From: Vulcanimicrobiota bacterium
Lineage (GTDB): Bacteria; Vulcanimicrobiota; Vulcanimicrobiia; Vulcanimicrobiales; Vulcanimicrobiaceae
NCBI GenBank assembly: GCA_963733295.1
Contig: CAVTCS010000003.1
Location: 192,001-256,000, forward strand
DNA: 64,000 nt
Direction: 5' to 3'
The position numbers and the translations under genes were made by a program. Below the pieces are notes generated by a model. That model saw only the letters and a program-made list of their open reading frames with translations, searched no databases and was not told the DNA's origin. Shown piece after piece: positions 11,101-20,064 of the stretch (position 1 is its first letter; every line of letters begins with the position of its first letter).

Positions 11101-11717
11101 ATCTCGTCGCCGAAAAATTCGATGCGCGCAGGGGCCGCGGCGGTTGCCGTCCAGAGGTCGACGATTCCCCCGCGAACCGCGTACTCGCCGGCGGCCGCCA
11201 CCACGTCGCTGCGGTGATAGCCGAGTTCGTAGAGCCGCTCTTGCAGGGCGTCAAAGCCGATGCTCGCACCGCGTTCGAGGCTGAATGAAAGCGCGCCGAA
11301 GTCCGAGCGCGGCACCACGTACTGCCGCAACGCGGCCAGCGGAGCGACGGCGAGCAGCGGTTTACCCGCCATCAAGTCGGCGAGTAGCGAGATGCGCGCG
11401 CTGCGCTCCGACGGGCTTTCGATGACGCCGACGCTCTCCTCGCGCGGCCGGACCAAGGTCAGGTGCGCGCTGTCTTCGGCCAGGTAGTAACTCAGATCGG
11501 CGAAGGTGCGCTCGGCGACGTCGGCTGTCGGGACCACGACCAAGAACTGCGTCCGAAGCGCGCGATACAGCCCGGCCAGCAAAAAGGGGCGCCCGCTCGC
11601 GCTCGTTTCGTGGAGTGTGAAAGCTGCCCGATGGGTGCGCAGCCGCTCGAGCAAGCCTGCGAGCGGGCGGCTAGAGCTGGGTAAGGCACGGACGAGCGTC
11701 GGCGCGAGCGTGGCGAT
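8181..11717 (-). CDS. mfd: Transcription-repair coupling factor (start either ATC 11717 or TTG 11654)
   Basis: GDYVVHAVHGIG (RID), DRLVCGDVGYGKTE, DEEQRFG, QLRGRVGR, TRCF C-terminus. Confidence 0.97.
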   Translation of the reverse strand: MATLAPTLVRALPSSSRPLAGLLERLRTHRAAFTLHETSASGRPFLLAGLYRALRTQFLVVVPTADVAERTFADLSYYLAEDSAHLTLVRPREESVGVIESPSERSARISLLADLMAGKPLLAVAPLAALRQYVVPRSDFGALSFSLERGASIGFDALQERLYELGYHRSDVVAAAGEYAVRGGIVDLWTATAAAPARIEFFGDEIESIRSFDLVTQRSNESLERIAIVPWSEISREDARRERVLAGIEGRAPVVSAARSYLAGGAEIPEAWLPLAYAERETLLDYLAPGAVVVLEEPSMLARVESGLDDERSREEQVLLAAVESGELSVDEDAVGEALLAEVAAPHPTLASLGSSFAQRSTLLIPGAIEGEPTPWLPRSLESFVLETRPVEHFNRQVSLFIAAAKEWIDAGETVALVSAGASRLAEMLQAADIAVERRPTLLHLRESGSASFVGQAPGMTRGGVAFVDQGNIESGFAIPGLRLRVLGDREIFGQPPKRIKLRAVKEGVPVTLGDLKVGDYVVHAVHGIGQYLGLRTETILGATSDYLDLKYAGTDRMLVPVTQMHQVTKYGASEGAAPRLSKMGGADWTRTKTKVSESLAKIADGLVALYAERELAPGYAFAPDSPWQAELEEAFPYDTTVDQQKAIDDVKNDMERARPMDRLVCGDVGYGKTEVAVRAAFKAILDKRQVAVLVPTTLLAAQHYRTFSQRFAGFPVRIEELSRFKTRKEQQAILRDLADGKVDVVVGTHRLLQKDVVFKALGLIVVDEEQRFGVMHKERLKQMRASVDVMTMSATPIPRTLHMSLLGVRDLSLIQTAPKNRMSIKTVVVPFSDAIVQKAIVQELDRGGQVYYLHNRIDSIYGVTRALQQLVPKARVAIGHGQMTEAELEPVMASFVDGDIDVLVATTIIENGIDIPNVNTIIVNDADRFGLSQLYQLRGRVGRSNHQAYAYLLYQAHKALSEDAKSRLEAIREFAHLGSGLQLAMRDLEIRGAGNLLGAAQSGFIGAVGFETYCELLAQAIAERKGRQATTEPKREAVIDVKLDAFIPNDYVPQVSQKIAAYQQLAGARSESAVDEIAAGLRDRFGALPEPLENLIEVTKLRTIALEKGVTRVVIDESRLTLGVGSGFAIAPTAIPKLQSLTKNRFRFTDGRILVDLPKQMAAAQSLPLLRALLVAL

Positions 11718-11793
11718 GGATGGAAACCCCTGTGGACGGCCGACTGCCTTTCGCCGCTAGCGAGCCGCCTCATCTCGGAAGAGCGGTCGCCGC

Positions 11794-12687
11794 TCAAGCC
11801 AAGAGCGGCAGCGGATCGAAGACGACGTTGATGGGCGTTTCGTCGGCGTAGCGCTCGAGCGAGTGTCCGCGCGTGCCGTCGCCGTTCAAACGCGAGCAGC
11901 GATACCCCAATGCCGACATCTGCGCGATGAAATCGTCGGCGCGACTCGCACTGACGGCGCGGAGCTGGCGGTCGTGCAGTTCTGCGAGAATGACCGGCCG
12001 GCCGGCTTCGAGGGTTGCCCGTGAACCGCGGATCACGCGCGGTTCGGCGCCCTCGACGTCCATTTTCAAAAAACTGCAGTGCCGGCCGGCGACGACGTCG
12101 TCGAGCGCGACGGTGGTCACGCTCTCGTCCGCGTGCGCCGGCGGTGGCGTTTCATCGGGCGCGAAGTGCGCGCCGCCGAAGTTCGCGGTGCGCGGCGCGT
12201 GACGCAAGCGCTGCACGCCGGCGCGTTCGTCGAGAGCCAGGCGCTGCACGCTCAGCTGCGCGAAGCCGTTCTCTTTGACGCTTGCCGCCAGAGCTTCGGC
12301 AAGATACGGGACAGGCTCGAAGGCAAGGACGAAACCGGAGTTTCCGACGAGACGGGCCAGGTGCAACGCGTGATAGCCGATGTTCGCGCCGGCGTCCACC
12401 GCGAGGTCTCCCGGCCGCACGGTGGCCGCGATGAAGCGCGTTTCGGCAAGTTCGTAGGCGTCGAGAAGTACCGGCCTGCTGATCGCGCGCTCGTCGAGCG
12501 AACACCAAATGCGGACGCCGAATTCGGTCTCCTTGATGACCCAGGTGTGCGGGTCGAAGCGGTGGATGCCATACGGCACCATGTCCTCGGCGAGCAGCGC
12601 GCCGCGCTGCAAGCGTTGCGCCGCGCGGCGGGCCAGCGCGCCGAGCGGAGTGTGGCGCATCAGCCCGCGCGCGGCTCGAGCGATCAC
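11794..12687 (-). CDS. FkbM-family SAM-dependent methyltransferase
   Basis: VDAGANIGYH, AFEP, KMDVEGAE motifs. Confidence 0.88.
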   Translation of the reverse strand: MIARAARGLMRHTPLGALARRAAQRLQRGALLAEDMVPYGIHRFDPHTWVIKETEFGVRIWCSLDERAISRPVLLDAYELAETRFIAATVRPGDLAVDAGANIGYHALHLARLVGNSGFVLAFEPVPYLAEALAASVKENGFAQLSVQRLALDERAGVQRLRHAPRTANFGGAHFAPDETPPPAHADESVTTVALDDVVAGRHCSFLKMDVEGAEPRVIRGSRATLEAGRPVILAELHDRQLRAVSASRADDFIAQMSALGYRCSRLNGDGTRGHSLERYADETPINVVFDPLPLLA

Positions 12688-12700
12688 GCTGCGCCGTTCT

Positions 12701-13243
12701 TCACTTCAAGGTGAGCGAAAGCGTGACGGTCGAGGCGCGGCCATCCACAGTCGATGCGACGAAGTTGACGTCGAACGTGCGGTTGCGCACGAAATCGGGA
12801 ACGTTCGGAATAAAGCCGTCGTATGCGAAGACGCCGGCGGACAGTTCCGGGATCTCGATGTCGCGACCCATCGCGCCCGCCGTCACGCTCACCACCGTAT
12901 CGTTCGTGAGCACGCGTACGTGAACGTCCCCCGGAGCGTAGAGCACGGAATCGGTCAGATCGATCTCGCGGATGCGCGGGGCATCCGGTCGCGCAGCGGG
13001 CGCCGGACTCGGGACGAACACGTAGCGGTAGGTCGGCGTCGGCGCGATCGGCGGCGTCGCCGTAGCTGCCGGCGCAGACGAAGCGCTTGCCGGCGCGGGC
13101 GAAGCGCTAGCCGCCGGGGACGAAGTGGAAAGCGCCGGTAGCGAAGGAGCGGGTGTGGGGTCCGGCCGAGCGCTGCCGTGCGTCACCAGTGCGAGCGCGC
13201 CGCAGCCGAGCACGATGATGGCTGCGAGTGCAGCCCTACCCAA
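12701..13243 (-). CDS. Secreted protein: Pro/Ser/Thr/Ala linker plus ~95-aa beta-rich domain (paralog A)
   Basis: Signal peptide, PTPAPS-rich linker; C-terminal domain aligns by eye with 13236-13754 and 18346-18702. Confidence 0.75.
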   Translation of the reverse strand: MGRAALAAIIVLGCGALALVTHGSARPDPTPAPSLPALSTSSPAASASPAPASASSAPAATATPPIAPTPTYRYVFVPSPAPAARPDAPRIREIDLTDSVLYAPGDVHVRVLTNDTVVSVTAGAMGRDIEIPELSAGVFAYDGFIPNVPDFVRNRTFDVNFVASTVDGRASTVTLSLTLK

Positions 13244-13754
13244 GCGTCACGGGAACTTTGACGCTCGTCGTGCGCCCGTCCGCGGTCGATGCGACGAACT
13301 CGATGTTGACCTTCCAGCCGTGGGCGAGAAACGGAATGCCCGGGATGCTCCCGTTCGCGACGAACTCTCCTGGTGCGGTCTGCTGCAACACGCCGTCACG
13401 CCCGTTGCTGCGGGTCACGACTTTGACGACGTTCGGAGTCGTCAAGACTCGCATCGCAATTTTGCCGTGCGGCGTGAGCTTCTCGTCGTTCAAGTCGATT
13501 TCCAATATCGCGGGATCATCGCTGGCCGCCGAGGGTTTCGGTGAAGGCACGACGCGATACTTGTAGACTGGAGTCGCGGTCGGCGCGGGGCTCGGCGTTG
13601 CGCTCGGCGGGGTGCCGCTCTCATTCGGACTCGGCGTCGGGGCGGCGCTCGGACTCTCGGTGACGGCGGGACCGGACGCCGTCGCTGACGGGCTCGGAAA
13701 CGGCGAGGGGAGCGAAGTTGCGAGCGCAGCCGCGAAGATCAGCGCCGGCGTCAC
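13236..13754 (-). CDS. Secreted protein: Pro/Ser/Thr linker plus beta-rich domain (paralog B)
   Basis: GTG at 13754 overlaps the upstream TGA; MTPALIFAAALA signal; PSPSAT repeats; ILEIDL...RVLTT...FVASTADGR. Confidence 0.75.
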   Translation of the reverse strand: MTPALIFAAALATSLPSPFPSPSATASGPAVTESPSAAPTPSPNESGTPPSATPSPAPTATPVYKYRVVPSPKPSAASDDPAILEIDLNDEKLTPHGKIAMRVLTTPNVVKVVTRSNGRDGVLQQTAPGEFVANGSIPGIPFLAHGWKVNIEFVASTADGRTTSVKVPVTLG

Positions 13755-15115
13755 GAGCGTGCCGGCGCTTCCCGCTGCGCTGCCGGCGAACGCAGCAACA
13801 GTGCGGCGACGACTGCGAGCGGTGCGAGGGTGACGATGACGGCGAGCATGTTCGAATGGCTCCTGAGCGGGCCGAGTGCATCGGGAAGGTAACGCAGGCT
13901 TCCGGCGATCGTTCCGATCCACAGCCACGTGCCGGCAGGCCCGCGGGCGGCCGCGGCGACGGGAAGAACCCACATCATATACCACGGATACGGATTGGGA
14001 AGCGCGAGCGGCAGCGCAAGTGCGAGCCAGAGGGCGCCCGAACTCTCGGCGCGAGCGAGGGCGCGAAGTCCGGCCAGCGCCGCGATGCCGGCAAGTGCGA
14101 GTGCGGGGAGCGCGCCCACGACGCTGTGGAGCGACACCTGCGGCGCATAGCGTCCGTGTGCCCCGAGGGCGACGAGCGCCGGCCACATCGGTCCGATGTC
14201 GAGCAGCCCGGCGACCGCAAGCCCGAGCGCGAACCCGCCGCAAAGCTCCAGGCCACGCCGCGCGCCCAGTCGCGGCACGAAGTACAAGGCGACGAACGCG
14301 CCCGCTGCCGCGCCGGAAGCTTTCAGCAGCGGGGTCAACCCGAAAACGAGTCCGCCGGCGAGGAACGCGGCGCGTGCCACGGCGAGCGCCGCGAACAAGC
14401 CGGCGAGCACGATCAACGGGTCGTTGTGTCCTTCGGCGGCGCACCAAATGCCGAGCGGGTTGAGCGCGAACAGCGCCAACGCGGCGCTCCGCCGCTCGGC
14501 AAACCAGAAGCGCGCGAGCAGCGAGAAAACGTATGCGCAGGCGAGCCACGCGAACGATTCGAGCGCGCGGAACGCAAACAAGGTTCGTGCCGGATCGCGT
14601 GCGCCGAAAACGCGTACGAACTCGCGCGCCAGTCCGGCGAATCCGGTTCCGTAGATGCACGGCGGAAACGCGCCGCCCCACTGAGCGCGCGCGAGATCGA
14701 CGAACGGCGCGTGCAGGTTCGCCGGCGGCGGCAGGTACGGATCGATTCCGCGCAGCGTCATCTCGCCGTACGCCGCGTAGGCGTAGACGTCGCTCGAGTA
14801 AATGACGGGCCAACTCAGTGCAGCCGCGGCCGATGCGACCGCGGCGAGCCAAATCGTGCGTTCGGTCCCGCGCGCCGGCACAGATCCACGAATCGTCGAC
14901 GCATAGCGCAAGGCCGCGAGCGCGGCCAAAACGAGGGCGAGCGCGAAGATCGCGAAGGCTTTCACGCCGAACTCGCTCCAAGCGCTGACCACGGGCAACG
15001 GCTGCGCGAGATCGCCGGCGAGCCGAGCCGGCGCACGAACGAGCAAAACTCGGGTGGCGAGGCTACCGGCGAGCAGTGCGGCGGGAACCGCCGCGGCGAG
15101 GAGTGCGCGTTTCAC
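13751..15115 (-). CDS. Multi-TM GT-C superfamily glycosyltransferase (MptA/B / GT87-like)
   Basis: SSDVYAYAAYG, PCIYG, ALNP, EGHND, YPWY motifs in a polytopic membrane protein. Confidence 0.75.
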   Translation of the reverse strand: MKRALLAAAVPAALLAGSLATRVLLVRAPARLAGDLAQPLPVVSAWSEFGVKAFAIFALALVLAALAALRYASTIRGSVPARGTERTIWLAAVASAAAALSWPVIYSSDVYAYAAYGEMTLRGIDPYLPPPANLHAPFVDLARAQWGGAFPPCIYGTGFAGLAREFVRVFGARDPARTLFAFRALESFAWLACAYVFSLLARFWFAERRSAALALFALNPLGIWCAAEGHNDPLIVLAGLFAALAVARAAFLAGGLVFGLTPLLKASGAAAGAFVALYFVPRLGARRGLELCGGFALGLAVAGLLDIGPMWPALVALGAHGRYAPQVSLHSVVGALPALALAGIAALAGLRALARAESSGALWLALALPLALPNPYPWYMMWVLPVAAAARGPAGTWLWIGTIAGSLRYLPDALGPLRSHSNMLAVIVTLAPLAVVAALLLRSPAAQREAPARS

Positions 15116-15159
15116 GTCGCCGGGGGCTTCGCGAGCCGGCCTCCGAAAACGTGCGTCCG

Positions 15160-16485
15160 ATGGATGCGGCCGCGATAACCCGAGCGATCGAACGCAAGCG
15201 CGACGGGTTGAGTTTGGCGGAAATCTGGCCGGAGCTCATCCGCGAATACGTTGCCGGAACGCTCGACGAGGGGCACATGGGCGCACTGCTCATGGCTTGC
15301 ATGTTGCGTGGACTCGAGCCCGAGGAGACGCAGGCCATGACCGAGGCGTACGTCGCGAGCGGTGAAACGCTCTCGCACTCGGATCCGCGTACCGTGGACA
15401 AGCACTCGACCGGCGGTGTCGGCGATACCGCCTCGCTCATCGTCGTGCCGTGGGTTGCGGCCTGCGGAATTCCGGTCGCGAAACTTTCCGGACGCGCGCT
15501 CGGGCACACCGGCGGGACGCTCGACAAGCTCGAATCGGTCCCAGGCGTCCGCACCGAACTCTCACCGGGAGAATTTGCCGCGTGCGTCGCCGCTGCCGGG
15601 TGCGCGATCGCCGCGCAAAGTGCGCGGCTCGTTCCCGCCGACCGGCAAACCTATGCGCTGCGCGACCGCACCGCAACCGTCGCCCAGCCGGGCCTGATTG
15701 CGGCCTCGATCGTATCCAAGAAGATTGCCGGCGGAGCCTTCGGCATCGCCTACGACGTAAAGACCGGCTCCGGTGCGCTCATGCGCGAGCACGAGTCGGC
15801 TCGCAAACTTGCCGCATCGCTCGTCGCGTTGAGCGCGGGTTTTGGACGGCGCGCGATCGCTCTGGTAACCGACATGCACGAGCCGCTCGGCCCCGCGATC
15901 GGGACCGGGCTCGAGATGGCCGAAGCGCGCGATTTTCTGCGCGGGACGCGGCGCGACGCCCGGCTCGAGAGGGTGAGTCGCACGCTCGCGCTGCGCATGC
16001 TGCGGCTCGCCGGATTCGAAGGGAATGCCGAACGCCGGCTGCACGATGCCCTCGAGGGTGGCGCGGCCTACGAACGCTTCGAGCGCATGCTCGCAGCGCT
16101 CGGCGCGCGAAGCGGTGCGCTCGCCGAACTGGCTCCGCATTCGGAGCGCGGCGTCGTGCGCGCCGAGCGCTCGGGTTACCTCGCGGCGGTGCATCCTCCC
16201 GCGCTCGGCTTACTCGCGCGCGAATTGGTCGCGCAACGCGGCGCGCGCGCCGGCATCGTGGTCGAGACTCGCACGGGCAGCGAAGTCCGTGCGGGCCAAA
16301 CGCTCGCGATCGTGTACGGCGACGCAGACGCCGTACGCGGCGCGTCCGGCGCCTTCGAAGTTGCGAGCGAACCGCCGCCGTCGCGGGAGCTCGTTTACGA
16401 GGAAATCGAGGCGGGGTTCGGGGAGCGCTCGACGGCCGCGGCCGGCCCCGGTGGTGCCGGACGCTCGACGCTCGAAACGAAGTAG
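15160..16485 (+). CDS. pdp: Pyrimidine-nucleoside / thymidine phosphorylase
   Basis: RKRDG, DKHSTGGVGD, KLSGRALGHTGGTLDKLES, SIVSKK, DVKTGSGA. Confidence 0.95.
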   Translation: MDAAAITRAIERKRDGLSLAEIWPELIREYVAGTLDEGHMGALLMACMLRGLEPEETQAMTEAYVASGETLSHSDPRTVDKHSTGGVGDTASLIVVPWVAACGIPVAKLSGRALGHTGGTLDKLESVPGVRTELSPGEFAACVAAAGCAIAAQSARLVPADRQTYALRDRTATVAQPGLIAASIVSKKIAGGAFGIAYDVKTGSGALMREHESARKLAASLVALSAGFGRRAIALVTDMHEPLGPAIGTGLEMAEARDFLRGTRRDARLERVSRTLALRMLRLAGFEGNAERRLHDALEGGAAYERFERMLAALGARSGALAELAPHSERGVVRAERSGYLAAVHPPALGLLARELVAQRGARAGIVVETRTGSEVRAGQTLAIVYGDADAVRGASGAFEVASEPPPSRELVYEEIEAGFGERSTAAAGPGGAGRSTLETK

Positions 16486-17387
16486 AGCGGCCGCGCTTTC
16501 ACTTGATCGTAGACCCGTCCGACGTACTCGCCGAGGATGCCGATTCCGATCAACTGAACGCCGCCCAGAAACAGGATCGCGACCATCGTCGAAGTGTAGC
16601 CCGGTTCGTTGAGCTGCAAGATCTTCAGGATCAGCACGACGACGGCGTACACGAAGGCAAAGCCGCTCACGATGAAACCGAGATAGGTTGCGAAACGGAG
16701 CGGCGCTTCCGAGAACGAGGTGATGCCGTCGATTGCAAAGCGCAGCATCTTCGAGAACGGATACTTCGTTTTGCCTGAAAAGCGCGGATCGCGATCGTAG
16801 GCGATTCCGACCTGCTCGAATCCGACCCAGCTGACCAGGCCCCGCAAGAAACGATGTTTTTCGCGCGTCTGCCCGAGCGCTTCGACGACGCGCCGGCTCA
16901 TCAGGCGAAAGTCGCCCGTATCGACCGGGATCGAGACGTTCGTCAAGCGCCGGATGATGCGATAGAAGAGGCGCGCGGTGAAGAGCTTGAACGGATTCTC
17001 GCCGCGGCGCGCGCGTCGCGTTGCGTAGACGACGTCGTAGCCTTCCCGCCATTTTTCGAGAAACTGCTCGATCAATTCGGGAGGATCTTGCAGGTCGCCG
17101 TCCATCAAGATCACGGCGTCGCCGCGGCTCGCGTCGAGTCCGGCGGTTGCGGCGATCTGATGTCCGAAATTACGCGAGAGGTTGACGATCGTCAATTTCG
17201 GCTGCTCCGCCCGCGCGGCGCGCAGCGCTTGCAGCGTTCCGTCCTGCGAACCGTCGTTGACGGCGATGATCTCGTAGTCGTCGCTGCTTGGAATCACGCG
17301 CTTCAAGATGGCGCCGATTCGCCGCAGCAGCTCGGGAACGTTGCCTTCCTCGTTGTACATCGGGACGACGATGCTGATGAGGCTCAC
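16395..17387 (-). CDS. GT2 polyprenyl-phosphate glycosyltransferase (GtrB/ArnC/YkcC-like)
   Basis: SIVVPMYNEE, NDGSQD, SRNFGHQ, MDGDLQDPP, DTGDFRL; two C-terminal TM helices. Confidence 0.92.
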   Translation of the reverse strand: MSLISIVVPMYNEEGNVPELLRRIGAILKRVIPSSDDYEIIAVNDGSQDGTLQALRAARAEQPKLTIVNLSRNFGHQIAATAGLDASRGDAVILMDGDLQDPPELIEQFLEKWREGYDVVYATRRARRGENPFKLFTARLFYRIIRRLTNVSIPVDTGDFRLMSRRVVEALGQTREKHRFLRGLVSWVGFEQVGIAYDRDPRFSGKTKYPFSKMLRFAIDGITSFSEAPLRFATYLGFIVSGFAFVYAVVVLILKILQLNEPGYTSTMVAILFLGGVQLIGIGILGEYVGRVYDQVKARPLYFVSSVERPAPPGPAAAVERSPNPASISS

Positions 17388-18322
17388 GCCAGCTCCGAAC
17401 GCACTGCTTGCCAGAAAAGTGGGAAAAGCAACTCGTGATGGCCGGTGAACGAGAAACCTTTGCCCTGCGTGCCCAAGTGCGGACGGCGCACGACGTTGGT
17501 CGCGGGACGGTATTGCCGCACGAAATCGAAGTCCGCGGTCGTGAAGTCGCCGCGGTGACCGAGGTTCCGCGCGACGCTGACCGCTTTGAGAAAAGCTTCG
17601 GGCAAGAGCACCGCGGAGCCGAAGTTCAGATAGACGCCGCCGTCGAGCAAATCGGCGACGACGGCGCAGAGGGTGCGGAAATCGATCAGCGCCGCTTCTC
17701 CCAAAGCCGCGCCGTCGGCTTGCGGGTGAGCGTGGATGATGTCGGTTCCGATCGCCACGACGACGCAGAGCGGGACTTGTTGGCGCGCGCAGGTGGCGAG
17801 CACCGAATCTGCCAGATAAGGCGCTTCGGCGCGGACGAGCGCGTCGCCGACCGCTCGGCCGATGCCCTCGGCGCGGCCCGCCGAGATCGCCCCGAGGATG
17901 AATTCGGCCGTCTCGGCCGACATTCCGAAGGATCCGTCTTGCAGCGCGACGTCGACGTCCTCCGAAGTTTTGCCGACCAGCGCCAATTCGGTGTCGTGAA
18001 TCGTGACCGAACCGTTCGAAGCGACCGCGCTCACATACCCGTCCCGGACGAGATCGCAGAGCATGCCGCCGAGACCTACCTTGATGACGTGACCACCCAT
18101 CCCTACGAGTATCGGCCGATGGCGGGTTATCGCGCTCGCGGTGCGCCGGACCAGCTCGCGCAACTCGGCCCCTGCCAGGATGTTCGGAAGCGCGTCGAAC
18201 CAGGCGCGGAATGACGCATCCGCTCCAACCGTCCGCCCCACGTCGGCGCTCCGCACCTTCGACGGCCGGTTTTCGAGCGACGTCACGTGCAGCCGCCCGA
18301 GATCGATCGGCTTATAACCCAC
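17384..18322 (-). CDS. Conserved hypothetical protein with probable deoxyhypusine-synthase-like NAD-binding fold
   Basis: GMGGHVIKVG, NGS..IHD.E, IGTDIIH, NFGSAVLLPE.FLKA, GHHE.L.P; coupled to the GT2 gene. Confidence 0.65.
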   Translation of the reverse strand: MGYKPIDLGRLHVTSLENRPSKVRSADVGRTVGADASFRAWFDALPNILAGAELRELVRRTASAITRHRPILVGMGGHVIKVGLGGMLCDLVRDGYVSAVASNGSVTIHDTELALVGKTSEDVDVALQDGSFGMSAETAEFILGAISAGRAEGIGRAVGDALVRAEAPYLADSVLATCARQQVPLCVVVAIGTDIIHAHPQADGAALGEAALIDFRTLCAVVADLLDGGVYLNFGSAVLLPEAFLKAVSVARNLGHRGDFTTADFDFVRQYRPATNVVRRPHLGTQGKGFSFTGHHELLFPLFWQAVRSELA

Positions 18323-18345
18323 TCTGGGGCCGTTCCACCAGCCGG

Positions 18346-18702
18346 ATTCGAGCCCTTGCGCTGGCGCTGTGTGCGCTCGCGCTCACGCCGGTATCGGCGA
18401 GGGCGCCCGAGACGGTCAAAGCACCGGAAATCGTCACGATCGCGAACTCGCCCGCGATCGCGCACTCGGGTGACGTCGTCAACTGGACGGTCCTCACGAC
18501 GCCCGACGTCGCCAGCGTTTCGGCTCGCGTTTACATCTACACGGTTGCGCTGCACCGTTTGGAAAGCGGGCACTTCGCAATCACCTTCACGATACCGCGC
18601 AGCGTGCCGCCGATCTTTCACGGACGGTATCGCGTCGGCGTAACCGCGACGACCGCGGCCGGTCGCTCGGCCTACGGGTCGTTCGTAATGGAGTTCCGGT
18701 GA
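18346..18702 (+). CDS. Secreted beta-rich protein (paralog C); start probably ATT 18346
   Basis: (M)RALALALCALALTPVSARA signal; APEIV...VLTTPDVASV...TATTAAGR resembles paralogs A/B; stop overlaps larB GTG. Confidence 0.65.
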   Translation: MRALALALCALALTPVSARAPETVKAPEIVTIANSPAIAHSGDVVNWTVLTTPDVASVSARVYIYTVALHRLESGHFAITFTIPRSVPPIFHGRYRVGVTATTAAGRSAYGSFVMEFR

Positions 18703-19346
18703 GCGACGACGCGACGGTCGATCACCAGCGCCGCGAACGCACCGGAATTCCGGAAGTGATCTTCGCCGAGCGCAAGACCCGCGAGCAGACGGAACGCATC
18801 GCGCGCGAGCTCTACGAACAAGCCGGCTTTGCGCTTGCGACGCGCGTAGCGCCCGAAGACGGCATCGCGCTCGCGGCGACGCTGCCGGAAGCGATCTACG
18901 ACGAGCGCGCGCGCGTGTTACGGCTCGGCTCGCTGCCACGCACCGGCGTGCGCATCGCCGTCGTGTGCGCGGGGACCTCCGACGTCTCGGTAGCCGACGA
19001 GGCCGCCGCGACGCTCGATGCATTTGGACACGACGTCGTTCGGCGTTTCGACGTCGGGGTCGCCGGCGTCCACCGCATTCTTTCGCACATCGAGGAGTTG
19101 AACGGGTGCCGCGCGATCATCGTCGTGGCCGGAATGGAAGGCGCTTTGCCGAGCGTCGTCGCGGGTCTCGTGCGCGCGCCGATCGTCGCGGTTCCGACCA
19201 GCGTCGGTTACGGTGCATCCTTCGGCGGTCTCGCCGCGCTGCTCGCGATGCTCAACGCGTGCGCGCCAGGGATCGGCGTCGTCAACATCGACAACGGCTT
19301 CGGCGCAGCCGCGCTCGCGCACAAGATCGCGCTGGCCTCCGGATAG
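18699..19346 (+). CDS. larB: Nickel-pincer cofactor biosynthesis carboxylase/hydrolase LarB
   Basis: DHQRRERTGIPEVIF, AGTSD..VADEA, DVGVAG, AGMEGAL, VPTSVGYG, VVNIDNGFGAA. Confidence 0.95.
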   Translation: MSDDATVDHQRRERTGIPEVIFAERKTREQTERIARELYEQAGFALATRVAPEDGIALAATLPEAIYDERARVLRLGSLPRTGVRIAVVCAGTSDVSVADEAAATLDAFGHDVVRRFDVGVAGVHRILSHIEELNGCRAIIVVAGMEGALPSVVAGLVRAPIVAVPTSVGYGASFGGLAALLAMLNACAPGIGVVNIDNGFGAAALAHKIALASG

Positions 19347-19356
19347 AGCGCTTTAG

Positions 19357-20064
19357 CTACTGACTGTCGGCCCAGCTTTCGACGATGTCGTCGGTTTTCT
19401 CGCCGTCGGCCACGCTGATGGCGCGCGGCGTCACGACGGCGCCGGTGCGCGAGCGTTCGAGCGTGCTGAAGCTGCCACGCGTAAAATCGTAGCGCAGGCT
19501 CGAGCCGTTCGGCAGGCGCAGCTGCGCGGTCCAATGGCTTGCGTCGACGCGCACCATGCGAACCTCCGAGGGCGTGAAAGCGCTTCGATCGGTCGACAGG
19601 TAGACGTCATCGCTGGTCGGCGTGCTTCCCGGAACGCGCACGTTGATCGTGATCGTGGCGGATGGGCGCGGCGTGCTCGCGGCAGCGACGGCGGCTGGAC
19701 TGGCCGTGGCTCGCGCCGACCTGGGATCGGTCACGACGTACTCGCGGGGAAGCTTGTCGATCTCAACGTCGCCCGGCTCGGCACGATGCCCGGTTTCGAT
19801 CGCTTTCACGCGGTGCGAAGCCGGATCGAGCGTGGCCCGGATCTCGATGCCCAAGCGCAAGCCGGCGGGCGGCGAGAGTCCGGGATCGAGTGCCAGAGCG
19901 TCGCCGCTCGTGAAGATGAGGTAACCGTTCTCAAGTGTCAGGAACTGTCCGTGCACGACGATGGCGCTCGCCGGCGGACTCGCTCGCGGAGTTTGCGCGC
20001 ACGCCGGCGCCGCCCAGAAGAGCGCAGCGCCGAGCGCAATCGCCGTCGCGAGACTACATCTCAA
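19357..20064 (-). CDS. Secreted protein with C-terminal CBM20-like (starch-binding-type) domain, copy 2
   Basis: TTG at 20064 overlaps the upstream TGA; signal peptide; ITINVRVP..TP..DDVYL...M.RVD..HW...LRYDFTRGS...ESWAD. Confidence 0.72.
   Translation of the reverse strand: MRCSLATAIALGAALFWAAPACAQTPRASPPASAIVVHGQFLTLENGYLIFTSGDALALDPGLSPPAGLRLGIEIRATLDPASHRVKAIETGHRAEPGDVEIDKLPREYVVTDPRSARATASPAAVAAASTPRPSATITINVRVPGSTPTSDDVYLSTDRSAFTPSEVRMVRVDASHWTAQLRLPNGSSLRYDFTRGSFSTLERSRTGAVVTPRAISVADGEKTDDIVESWADSQ

Noticed and set aside
13236..14981. 581-aa ORF read as one protein
   Set aside because: The first ~400 aa are an off-frame shadow of the GT-C gene; the real gene starts at GTG 13754.
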